Shown one piece after another: positions 49,695 to 62,140 of a stretch of 64,000 nucleotides of DNA. The stretch is taken from contig NC_043025.1 in NCBI RefSeq assembly GCF_006345805.1, positions 8,246,001-8,310,000 on the forward strand, given 5' to 3'. Position numbers and translations under genes: made by a program. Below the pieces are notes generated by a model, which had not been told where the DNA came from, ran no database searches, and saw only the letters and a program-made list of their open reading frames with translations. The DNA is from Octopus sinensis. Its lineage: Eukaryota. Every line of letters begins with the position of its first letter. Within the stretch, counting starts at the first letter, position 1.

Positions 49695-50112
49695 TTTTTT
49701 ACTTGTTTCAGTCATTTGACTGCGGCCATGCTGGAGCACCGCCTTTAGTCGAGCAACTTGACCCCGGGACTTATTCTTTGTAAGCCCAGTACTTATTCTA
49801 TCGGTCTCTTTTGCCGAACCACTAAGTGACAGGGACATAAACACACCAGCATTGGTTGTCAAGCAATGCTAGGGGGGACAAACACAGACACGCAAACACA
49901 CACACATACACATACATATACATATATATATACATATATACGACGGGCTTCTTTCAGTTTCCGTCTACCAAATCCACTCACAAGGCTTTGGTCGTCCAAA
50001 GGCCATAGTAGGCCATAGTAGAAGACACTTGCCCAAGGTGCCACGCAGTGGGACTGAACCCGGAACCATGTGGTTGGTAAACAAGTTACTTACCACACAG
50101 CCACTCCTGCGA
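49695..50112 (-). mobile_element. SINE family A (TAT intron)
   Basis: Full-length reverse copy. Confidence 0.9.
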
Positions 50113-50282
50113 CCTATTTATTCATTGTTCTAAATTAATCATGCATTATCTTGTAACTGAGATTTCAATGATAGGATTGTTTATTTTTAGAATGGCATTG
50201 TAGGGAAGGTATGAGAGGCTGGATCTGGTCAGTTTGAACATAAGATATGTAGAATATTTGGAGCAGTTATGGCCAGTTTAAA

Positions 50283-50560
50283 ACCTTGGCGGAATTTGAA
50301 CTCAGAACGTAACGGCAGATGAAATACCTATTTCTTTATTACCCACAAGGGGCTAAACACAGAGAGGACAAATAAGGACAGACAAAGAGATTAAGTCGAT
50401 TATATCGATCCCAGTGCGTAGCTGGTACTTATTTAATTGACCCCGAAAGGATGAAAGGCAAAGTCGACATCAGCGGAATTTGAACTCAGAACGTAGCAGC
50501 AGACAAAATACCGCTTAGCATTTCATCCGGCGTGCTAATGTTTCTGCCATCTCGCCACTT
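50283..50560 (-). mobile_element. SINE family B monomer plus start of a second unit
   Basis: Contains the gaaatacctatttcttt junction at ~50322. Confidence 0.82.
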
Positions 50561-51297
50561 TAACTATGAAATGGGAGAATGACCAACAAAATTGGGCTTT
50601 GTGGGCATTAAGGAGAGGGATCAGGTTAAGAATTTAGTTTGTGAAAGGGTGTAATATGATATTTATGATCAATAACCCGGGTGAAATAGGAATCAGCTAT
50701 ACCCCGGTTCTTTGATAGGCTAGGGGTGGGGTGTAGGGGATATTTTATTATACTAGACTTAGAAAAGTAGGTAGCTGGGAGAGGACCAAAGATAAAATAA
50801 GGATAAAGAAAAGTAAAAAGTAAAAAGTGAAGAAATATATATATATATTAACTGAAAGAAGCCCGATGCAAAGATGACCTTATTGTACCTGCGCACTTCA
50901 TCTGTGAAATTTTATCTAGTGACATCTGATAACTTTCTCACACACACACATAAATGCATCCACATGATTACATAGACACACACACATGCATATATATATA
51001 TATATACATATGTACACAAACATATCTATTTATATTTATACCAGTCAAACCTTCCCTCTGTCCCACCGCCTCCTTCCCAGTAATGTTGTTTACATTGTGC
51101 TCCTGTGTGACCTGTACATCGAGGAACACAGACAAAGCGGTTTGACAAATGGGCATCAATAAATTCTAGAAATACACAAAAATATCATCATCTTTATCCC
51201 ACCCATCCCAACAAAAAAATATCCATTATATAATATCCACAAAAATAAAGCAAAAAACATACTTAAAAATGGACAAACTAAAAAACGAAAATAATTA

Positions 51298-51452
51298 GAG
51301 TGGCTGTGTGGTAAGTAGCTTGCTAACCAACCACATGGTTCCGGGTTCAGTCCCACTGCGTGGCATCTTGGGCAAGTGTCTTCTACTATAGCCCCGGGCC
51401 GACCAATGCCTTGTGAGTGGATTTGGTAGACGGAAACTGAAAGAAGCCGTCG

Positions 51453-51501
<49 letters not shown>

Positions 51502-51721
51502 GTGTGTAGGTGTGTATGTGTGTATGTCCCCCTAGCATTGCTTGACAACCGATGCTGGTGTGTTTACGTCCCCGTCACTTAGCGGTTCGGCAAAAGAGAC
51601 CGATAGAATAAGTACTGGGCTTACAAAGAATAAGTCTCGGGGTCGATTTGCTCAACTGAAGGTGGTGCTCCAGCATGGCCGCAGTCAAAATGACTGAAAC
51701 AAGTAAAGGAGTAAAAGAGTA
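51298..51721 (+). mobile_element. SINE family A (TAT intron), tail abuts the NUMT
   Basis: Near full-length copy. Confidence 0.9.
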
Positions 51722-51912
51722 AAGTAGGTTTAATATACTCTTTTATAAATAACTTAATTGCATCTGACAAAGACTGAGGCAAACCCATTAACCCCACCTT
51801 ATTAGGCCCTTTACATAACTGAAAATATCTTAAACCTTTTCGCTCCAATAACGTAAAAAAAGCAACCGCCAATAATGCAGAAATACATGCAACCCTATAC
51901 ACCCTCTAATAT
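51722..51912 (-). pseudogene. ND1: NUMT: nuclear insertion of the 5' end of mitochondrial ND1
   Basis: Minus strand reads [56 protein letters not shown] (invertebrate mito code), matching the ND1 hallmark AFxTLxERKxLGYxQxRKGPNxVGxxGxxQPxxDAxKL. About 190 bp, ends abruptly, lies in the TAT intron. Confidence 0.93.
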
Positions 51913-52239
51913 GTTTGTTGTGGTTCACTAAAAAAAACCCTTGAAAGTGGTGCCCTAGCATGGCCTCAGTCCATTGACTGAAACTAGCCAGAAATGTTGA
52001 CACACTACGGCAGAAATTGTATTAACCTCAATAGACGCCATTGATTGGTTGAAATTGCCGAAATGCACGAAATTAAAAAACTAATAGCTTACAAACTACA
52101 GAATTTTCTCAAGAAAGCCAACAGAAAAAGATGTTTTATAAACACATTCTACCAGTATACGAAGTTTAAAAGTGTTTAATTACAAAGAAATTATTTTAAA
52201 AATCTGCCGGTCAAAGCAAAAAGATCCAAAGAACAAAAG

Positions 52240-52286
<47 letters not shown>

Positions 52287-53164
52287 CTCATACTAGATGC
52301 TGAGGTCTCTTTTTTGAGACTCCAGGTAGCCATATACTCCCTCTCCTCTCAGTCATGGTCAGGCCATTGCTAACTAAACCGGCTTCCCTCTTGGGTCAGC
52401 TTGCTGGATCTTGGAGGAGGGTGTGAGGGCACCCATCAGAACTAAAAACAAGATCTGTTCAAACAAAAGCACAGGAGCACTGTCCTTGTCCCTCACCACA
52501 CCAAACTAAGACCCCAACGGTGGATCCAGCAGAGGAAGCTAGATTTCCAAACTCAACAATTGATCCTAGCAGGAGAGGGCAATGCTAGATGAACTGGCTT
52601 GAAAGGCAGAACTCTAATGATATTGGGGCTAGTGCCATTCTGTCGCAACCCATCTTTGGGACCTCACATGTCACTCTAGGTAGTGCCACTGCAGAAGGAT
52701 ATTGGCAGAAGTGTGTGGGGACCCTTTTAGCAAGGAGATCTTCACCATAAACAAATTCACACCATTGGCTGTTTTTTTTTTTGTTCCAACTTTTCTTTTG
52801 CACCCCTTTTTTTTTAATCCTTTTTAGAAAAGCCCAACAGCAATGGGGTAAGGATGGTTGGAGCAGGCTTAGTGAAACTAGAAGCTATTAGTCCGGACCT
52901 GCATGTTGACAGCAAATGCAAAATAGTCGCCTTCCTGAGACCTGGTAACAATCCAGGGACTCGGTCCTACATCTGAGACTCGACAGGCCTATTTGGGAAC
53001 ACCACTGCTTACCCTGAATGGGGAAGGCCCTAGATATATCCATACAAATAAACATATAAACACATACTTACACATATATATATGTGTGCACACACACACA
53101 CACACTGGTGGATACCCACATGTACATACATAAACACATACACACATACATACATATGTGCGTG

Positions 53165-53985
53165 AGAAGACCCGGCAGGACAAGTGAGACCATAACCCAT
53201 GGCCTTCTACATGGGATGGAGCCAGCCTACGTATGCATACCTTCCCTTCTTGGGACACAAAACTCTACTTATGAAGACCTGTTGAGGCAAGTGAGGATCA
53301 GAATCGAAATCGATCAATGGAAATTGCAGATGAGTTACCAGTGCCGGTGGCATGTAAGAGAACCATCCGTTCATGACCGTTGCCAGCGCCGCCCCGACTG
53401 GCCTCGTGCTGGTGGCACGTAAAAAGCACCATCCATTCGTGGCCGTTTGCCAGCTCTGTCTGGCACCTGTGCGGGTGGCACGTAAAAAGCACCATCCGTT
53501 CGTGGCCGTTTGCCAGCTCTGTCGGGCACCTGTGCGGGTGGCACGTAAAAAGCACCATCCGTTCGTGGCCGTTTGCCAGCTCTGTCTGGCACCTGTGCGG
53601 GGGGTGGTGGCACGTAAAAAGCACCATCCGTTCGTGGCGTTTGCCAGCTCTGTCTGGCACCTGTGCGGGTGGCACGTAAAAAGCACCATCGTTCGTGGCG
53701 CGTTGCCAGCCTCTGTCTGGCACCTTGCGGTGACGTAAAAAAGCACCATCCGTTCGTGGCCGTTTGCCAGCTCTGTCTGGCACCTGTGCGGGTGGCACGT
53801 AAAAAGCACCCACTACACTCACGGAGTGGTTTGCGTTAGGAAGGGCATCCAGCCGTAGAAACACTGCCAGATCTGACTGGGCCTGATGAAGCCTTCTGGC
53901 TTCACAGACCCCAGTTGAACCGTCCAACCCATGCTAGCATGGAAAGCGAACGCTAAACGATGATGATGATGATGACGATGATGAT
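53165..53985 (+). mobile_element. SINE-like family D with ~8-unit VNTR (TAT intron)
   Basis: Cores near 53347, 53412, 53475, 53538, 53608, 53669, 53730, 53792. Confidence 0.84.
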
Positions 53986-54563
53986 ATACACATATACACT
54001 TAAACATAAATATTCACATACATGCACACTGGAACATCCGTAAACACATACACATTACAGACACACATATACATGCACACATATACATATGTATGTATAT
54101 ACATAATCATATACATAGATACATACTTCGACATATAAACACATATACACACATAAACATATATATACATATACACACCTAGACATGCGCAAATAGACAC
54201 ACACACATACATAAATGCATACACATATACGCATACAAAACATACATACTCACACATATACATTTAAGCACATACACGCATAAACACAGACACTGGTATG
54301 CATACACACACACGTGCGTGCACACACACACACACACATGCATATACACACACCACACTGTCCCACATATGTTTCAGCATACAGCCAACTTTATCAATAA
54401 CAAACTTGTTTATATAATTATCACAGTATGTGTGGTGGTGGTGGTGGTGGTGGTGGTAGTGGTGGGGAGTGGATTAGATGGGAGGGGCGTGTGGCGGGGT
54501 AACAGTTGTTGATATTTTCGTTGTTGTTGTAAAGCTCCCATGACCATCCCCCCCGACAATTCT

Positions 54564-55166
54564 TATTTCTTTATTGCCCACCAGGGGGCTAAACATAGAG
54601 GGGACAAACAAGGACAAACAAGGGGATTTAAGTCGATTACATCGACCCCAGTGCGTAACTGGTACTTAATTTATCGACCCCGAAAGGATGAAAGGCAAAG
54701 TCGACCTCGGCGGAATTTGAACTCAGAACGTAAAGACAGATGAAATACCTCTTTCTTTACTACCCGCAAGGGGCTAAACACAGAGGGCACAAACAAGGAC
54801 AGACAAACGGATTAAGTCGATTACATCGACCCCAGTGCGTAACTGGTACTTAATTTATCGACCCTGAAGGAATGAAAAGCAAAGTCGACCTCGGCGGAAT
54901 TTGAACTCATAACGTAAAGACAGATGAAATACCTATTTCTTTACTACCCACAAGGGGCTAAACACAGAGAGAGGACAAACAAGGACAGACAAACGGATTA
55001 AGTCGATTACATCGACCCCAGTGCGTAACTGGTACTTAATTTATCGACCCCGAAAGAATGAAAGGCAAAGTCGACCTTGGCGGAATTTGAACTCAGAACG
55101 TAACGGCAGGCGAAATACGGCTACGCATTTTGCCCGGCGTGCTAACGTTTCTGCCAGCTCGCCGCC
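54564..55166 (-). mobile_element. SINE family B head-to-tail trimer (~184-bp period)
   Basis: Junctions near 54745 and 54928; only the unit ending at 55166 has the full head. Confidence 0.87.
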
Positions 55167-55472
55167 TTCTGTGCATAATTGATGCCCGTCAGAGCAACTT
55201 CACCAAAGCACTTCACACAAGAATCTATGTTGTATGGTATTTGATATACCTGTACTTTGTCTAGATCACACAAATACATGTCACTTGCCAATCCGAGTTA
55301 CCTTTCTTAGCTCATTTCATGGCTGTGTGGTAAGAAACTTACTTCCCAACCACATGGTTCCAGACAAGGCGGCGCTGGCATCGGCCACGTTCGGATGGTG
55401 CTTTTTACATGCCACCAGCACCGGTATCACAACTATAGACATAAATAATATAATGTAATACATGTGTGTGTA

Positions 55473-55890
55473 TAGGCGTAGGAGTCGCTGTGTGGTAAGT
55501 AGCATGCTAACCAACCACATGGTTCTGGGTTCAGTCCCACTGCGTGGCATCTTGGGCAAGTGTCTTCTGCTATAGCCCCGGGCCGACCAATGCCTTGTAA
55601 GTGGATTTGGTAGACGGAAACTGAAAAGAAACCTGTCGTATATATGTATATATATATATGTGTGTGTGTTTGTGTGTCTGTGGTTGTCCCCCTAGCATTG
55701 CTTGACAACCGATGCTGGTGTGTTTACGTCCCCGTCACTTAGCGGTTCGGCAAAAGAGACCGATAGAATAAGTACTGGGCTTACAAAGAATAAGTCCCGG
55801 GGTCGATTTGCTCTACTAAAGGCGGTGCTCTAGCATGGCCGCAGTCAAATGACTGAAACAAGTAAAAAGAGATAAAAAGAGTAAAAAAGA
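55473..55890 (+). mobile_element. SINE family A (TAT intron)
   Basis: Full-length copy. Confidence 0.9.
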
Positions 55891-55975
55891 TATACATTCA
55901 AAATGTGACCGCGTGTGTACCATTGTCGATATTTTTCCCTCTGTCTTCCCTTCTCTGGATCTTTCCTTCTCTTAT

Positions 55976-56010
55976 GTTTCCAACGAAGAGCTCCGCTCAA
56001 AACGTTAAAC
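55976..56010 (+). ncRNA. Degenerate hammerhead motif, same ~210-bp family as 5676-5880
   Basis: GUUU CCAACGA A GAGC-UCC-GCUC AAAAC GUU AAAC. Confidence 0.5.
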
Positions 56011-56107
56011 CCTCCTTCTTCCCATCCTTCCTGAGCATCCAATAATACTATATTTATTCCATGTCCTCGCATTGTTGTGTTTTCTCTTTGTGTTTTCATG
56101 TTTGGAT

Positions 56108-56142
<35 letters not shown>

Positions 56143-56819
56143 GTATAGGATGTCACCAATGGTGCAAATAACATATACATGAGAGTTAGATACAAGAAGT
56201 GGACAGTATTTAAAGGGCAAAAATGAATGAAATACATAAACAATGAGAAAAAATGGAAAACAGGACCAGTTAACACAGAAAAAGGACCCTTCGTCAGTTG
56301 TCAGCTGTCTATCTTCTCCTCATTTTGAGCATTCAAATGACAATTTGAGTCTTCAAAGACAATTGCTCCCATAAATACTAAAATAAAATTTAGGATTTAT
56401 GGAGGGTCAAAGTTGAGAACAAAAACATAACAGTAGGGACATACAAGGATGCCAAATTAAAATATACATGGAGGGTCGTTAGACAGGAATGAAAGGAGAA
56501 TAGTGAATGTTGGGAAAAGCATTTTTTTGAAAAGAGAAAAAATAGAAGAGAGGGAGAGAGTAAAAACGTCCAGTTGTTCAGACTTCTGAGCAGGAAAAGA
56601 AATATGGTCATGTGAGGAAAAGAAAGATGGACAATGGTCACATGTGAGCAACGAGAGAGAAAGGGAGAGAGGGGAAAGAGAGAGAGAGAGACAGATAGAA
56701 AAAGGTGAAGGAAGGAGGGGGAGAAAGGGAGTTAGAAAAGGATGGAGGAAGAAGGAAGCGAAGATGAGAAGAAGAAAATAGTACAGAGGCGCACAAAAAA
56801 TGGGTGCACTTCATATGTA

Positions 56820-56850
<31 letters not shown>

Positions 56851-56869
56851 CTGTGTGTATGTCTGTGTG

Positions 56870-57097
56870 TTCTTTTATTCTTTTATTTGTTTCAGTCATT
56901 TGACTGCGACCATGCTGGAGCACCACCTTTTGTTGAGCAAATCGACTCCCAGGACTTATTGTTTGTAAGCCTAGTACTTATTTTCTTGGTCTCTTCTGCC
57001 AAACCACTAAGTTATGGGGACATAAACACACCAGCGTTGGTTGTCAAGCGATGATAGGGAGACAAACACAGACACATACTTACATACACACACACAT

Positions 57098-57129
<32 letters not shown>

Positions 57130-57295
57130 TATATACGACAGGCTTCTTTCAGTTTCCATCTACCAAATCCACTCTCAAGGCTTTGGTAGACCCGAGGCTA
57201 CAGTAGAAGACACTTGCCCAAGGTGTCACACAGTGGGACTGAACCCAGAGCCATGTGGTTGGTGAACAAGCTTCTTACCACACCGCCACACCTGA
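56870..57295 (-). mobile_element. SINE family A (TAT intron)
   Basis: Diverged full-length reverse copy; a further 3' half lies at 57605-57827. Confidence 0.87.
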
Positions 57296-57560
57296 TATAA
57301 ATATATATATATATGGTTTAAAGGACACAATACATGTCTTTAAGTGCTGCTAATAGTTTCATATGATTTTTTAAAAATCTGTTACTTATTCTATCGGTTT
57401 CTTTTGTTGAACCACTAAATTACAGGGTTGTAAACAAACCGACACCAGTTGCAAAGTAGTGTGGGGTACAAACGCACACATATCACACATAAAGTGAAAG
57501 AAAATAGAATTAAGTGAACAGAATTATGTAAGAATATGTCATAATTTTTCTTCTGATTGC

Positions 57561-57600
<40 letters not shown>

Positions 57601-57950
57601 ATATATACTCTTACTCTTTACTCTTTTACTTGTTTCAATCATTTGACTGCGGCCATGCTGGAGCACCACCTTTTTAGTCAAGCAAATCGACCTCAGGACT
57701 TATTCTTTGTAAGCCTAGTACTTATTCTATCAGTCTCTTTTGCCGAACCGCTAGATTACGGGGACGTAAACACACCAGCATCAGTTGTCAAGCGATGTTG
57801 GGGGGACGAACACAGACACACAAACGCAGAAAAGGGACAAATAAGGGGTCTGATTTTATTGGTTTGAGATGTTTTGGCAAAGTTGTTTTGGTGCTGCCTA
57901 TTTGCGTCATGATTGATGCTGACTTATTTGACACAAACGCTTACACAGAC

Positions 57951-58005
<55 letters not shown>

Positions 58006-58061
58006 ATAATATATAGGTATGTATATTTAATATGTGGCATGTATATTAATATTATATTTAT

Positions 58062-58105
<44 letters not shown>

Positions 58106-58114
58106 TATAATATG

Positions 58115-58150
<36 letters not shown>

Positions 58151-59010
58151 CTATAAATGTATATGTATATATATATATGTATATATCATCATCATCCTCA
58201 TCAACATCATCATCGTTTAACGTCTGCTCTCCATGAACATACACATACACCAAACAATATGACGTAAATATTTACACCTTAACACGGCTGTCCAAAGGCC
58301 TGCAGTTTCACAGTGATACTAAATATACACTCAGCTATCAGTCCATATATTAATTTATTCATGACCCAAGCTTTATGCAGTTGTCGACCAAACTACAGCT
58401 GTCCACAAGAGTTAATGCATAAACACATGTTTGTTTACATTTAATAAATAACCTTCAGTTACTATCAACAGCAGTTTGAGTGGAGATGGAAGGGAGTGTG
58501 AGTGAATTTTAATGACTTTTGTTACATAACAACAAAACCAGATCTGCTTGGTTTGGTTTGGTTCTCATTCTTGAGCTTCCAGAAAAGGGACAAATAAGGG
58601 GTCTGATTTTATTGGTTTGAGATGTTTTGGCAAAGTTGTTTTGGTGCTGCCTATTTGGCGTCATTGATTCGATGCTGACTTATTTGACACAAGTCATTTT
58701 AATGTTTCTCTCTCTCTCTCTCTGTTTATATGTGTGGGTATATTTCTCTTTATGTGTCTGAGGAGATGGAAAGGATTTATGTCATTCATGTACAACCAAT
58801 AAATTGTAATAGCTCTCTCTCTCTCTCTCTTTCCTTCTCCCTTTCTCTCTCTCTCCCTCTCTCTCCTTCCTCTAGCTCCCTCTCTCTCCTTCCCTCCCCC
58901 TTTCTCTCTCTCTGTTTATTTGTGTGAGCATATTTTTCTTTATGCATATGAGGAGAGGGAAAGAGTTTATGCCATTCATGTCCAATCAATAAGTTGTAAT
59001 CTCTCTCTCA

Positions 59011-59094
<84 letters not shown>

Positions 59095-59377
59095 CCCTGT
59101 TTATGTGTGTGGGTATATTTCTCTTTATGTGTCTGAGGAGAGGAAAAGGATCCGTGTCATTCATGTTCAATTACTGACTCGTAATTTCTTTCTGTCTGTT
59201 TGTCCCCTCGTTACATTCGACACATCAATGGCATGGAGAGAGGGAGGCTGGTTTGCATTAATGACTGCTGGTTTTCCATAAACAACCTTGCCTGGACTTG
59301 TGCCCCAGAGGGGAATTTTCTAGGTGCAATCCTATGGTTAGTCATGACCGAATGAGGCCGCTACCTTATCATGTGAT

Positions 59378-59403
59378 TGTATGTATGTATGTATGTATGT
59401 ATG

Positions 59404-59437
<34 letters not shown>

Positions 59438-59611
59438 TGTATGTATGTATGTATGTGTGTGTATGTATGTATGTATGTATGTATGTATGTATGTATGTGT
59501 GTGTATGTATGTATGTATGTATGTATGTACGTACGTAAGTATGTATGTATGTATGTATGTATGTATGTATGTATGTGTGTATGTGTATGTATATGTATGT
59601 ATGTATGTATG

Positions 59612-59642
<31 letters not shown>

Positions 59643-60378
59643 TTGTGTGTATGTATGTATGTATGTATGTATGTACGTACGTAAGTATGTATGTATGTAT
59701 GTATGTGTGTGTATGTGTATGTATGTGTATATGCATGTATGTATGTATGTGTGTGTGCATGTATGTATGTATGTATGTATGTATGTATGTATGTGTGTAT
59801 GTGTGTTTGTATGTATGTATGTATGTATGTGTGTATGTGTGTGTGTATGTATGTATGTATGTATGTACGTACGTAAGTATGTATGTATGTATGTATGTAT
59901 GTATGTATACATGTATGTATGCATGCATGTATGTATGTATGTGTGTGTGCATGTATGTATGTACGTATGTACATACGTACGTACATAAGTATGTATGTAT
60001 GTATGTATGTATGTATGTATGTATGTATGTATGTGTGTGAAGGTGCATGGCTTAGTGGTTAGGGCTTTCAGCTCACAATTGTACGGTCATAAGTTTAATT
60101 CATGGCAATGTGTTGTGTCCTTGAACAAGATACTTCATTTCACGTTGCTCCAGTCCACTCAGCTGACAAAAATGAGTTGTACCTGTATTTCAAAGGGCCG
60201 GCCTTGTCACATTCTGTGTCTCACTGAATCTCCCTGAGAACTACGTTAAGGATACGTGTGTCTGTGGAGTGCTCAGCCACTTGCACGTTAATTTCACAAG
60301 CAGCAGGCTGTTCCGTTGATCAGATCAACTAGCCCTTGTTGTCATAACTGACAGAGTACTAGGATGTATGTATGTATG

Positions 60379-60410
<32 letters not shown>

Positions 60411-62140
60411 TGTATGTTTGTATGTATGTATGTATGTATGTATGTATGTTTGTATGTATGTTTGTATGTATGTATGTATGTATGTTTGTATGTATGTATG
60501 TATGTATGTATGTATGTATGTATGTTCGTATGTATGTATGTATGTATGTATGCATGTATGTATGTATGTATGTATGTATGTTTGTATGTATGTATGTATG
60601 TATGCATGTATGTGCGTATGTATGTGTGTATGTACGTATGTGTGTGTATGTGTGTATGTATGTATACATGCATGTATGTATGTGTCTATGTATATATGTA
60701 GATATGTATGTATGTATGTATGTATGTGTGTATGTATGTATGTATGTATGTATGTTTGTATGTATGTTTGTATGTATGTATGTATGTTTGTATGTATGTA
60801 TGTATGTATGTATGTATGTATGTATGTATGTATGTATGTATGTATGTTTGTATGTATGTATGTATGTATGTATGTATGTTTGTATGTATGTTTGTATGTA
60901 TGTATGTATGTTTGTATGTATGTATGTAATGTATGTATGTATGTATGTTCGTATGTATGTATGTATGTATGTCTGTTGTATGTATGTATGTTGTATGCAT
61001 GTATGTGCGTATGTATGTGTGTATGTACGTATGTGTGTGTATGTGTGTATGTATGTATACATGCATGTATGTATGTGTCTATGTATATATGTAGATATGT
61101 ATGTATGTATGTATGTATGTGTGTATTATGTATGTATGTATTGTATGTATGTATGTATGTATGTATGTATGTTATTTATGTATGTATGTTAGTATGTATT
61201 ATGTATGTATGTATGTTTGTATGTATGTATGTAATGTATGTATGTATGTATGTATGTATGTATGTATGTATGTATGTATGATGTTTGTATGTATGTATGT
61301 ATGTATGTACGATGTACATATGTACGTATGTACGTATGTATGTTTGTATGTATGTATGTATGTATGTAGTATGTATGTATGTTGTATGTATGTATGTATG
61401 TATGTATGTATGTATGTTTGTATGTATGTATGTATGTTGTATGTTTTGTATGTATGTATGTATGTATGTATGTATGTTTGTATGTATGAAATGTATGTTT
61501 GTATGTATGTATGGTTGTATGTATTGTATGTATGTATGTATGTATGTATGTTTTGTATGTATGTATGTTATGTATGTTTGTATGTATGTATGTATGTTAG
61601 TATGTTGTATGTATGTATGTATGTATGTATGTATTGTATGTATGTATGTTTGTTTGTATGTATGTCTGTATGTATGTTTGTATGTATGTTTGTATGTATG
61701 TATGTATGTATGTCTGTATGTTTGTATGTATGTATGTATGTATGTATGTATGTTTGTAGTATGTATGTTTTATGTATGTATGTATGTATGTATGTATGTA
61801 TGTATGTGTGTGCGTATGTATGTGTATATGCATGTGTGTATGTATGTATTTATGTGTGTATGTATGAATGTGTGTATGTATGGATGTATGTATGTATGTA
61901 TGCATGTATGTGTGTGTATGTAAGTATGTATATATGTATGTATGTATGAATGTATGTATGTATGCATGTATGTGCGTATGTATGTGTGTATGTACGTATG
62001 TGTGTATGTGTGTATGTATGTATACATGCATGTATGTATGTGTCTATGTATATATGTAGATATGTATGTATGTATGTGTGTGTATGTATGTATGTATGCA
62101 TGTTGTATGCATGTGTATATGTATGTAAGTATGTATATGT
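59378..62140. repeat. (TATG)n field, ~2.4 kb, interrupted by a SINE at 60037-60358
   Basis: Direct inspection; a ~110-bp variant block recurs near 60600, 60990 and 61960. Confidence 0.97.
60037..60358 (+). mobile_element. SINE family F (tRNA head plus gtgtccttgagcaagacactt-type central domain) inside a (TATG)n field
   Basis: Related copies at 18560-18660/18885-19100(-) and 40085-40235(+). Confidence 0.75.
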
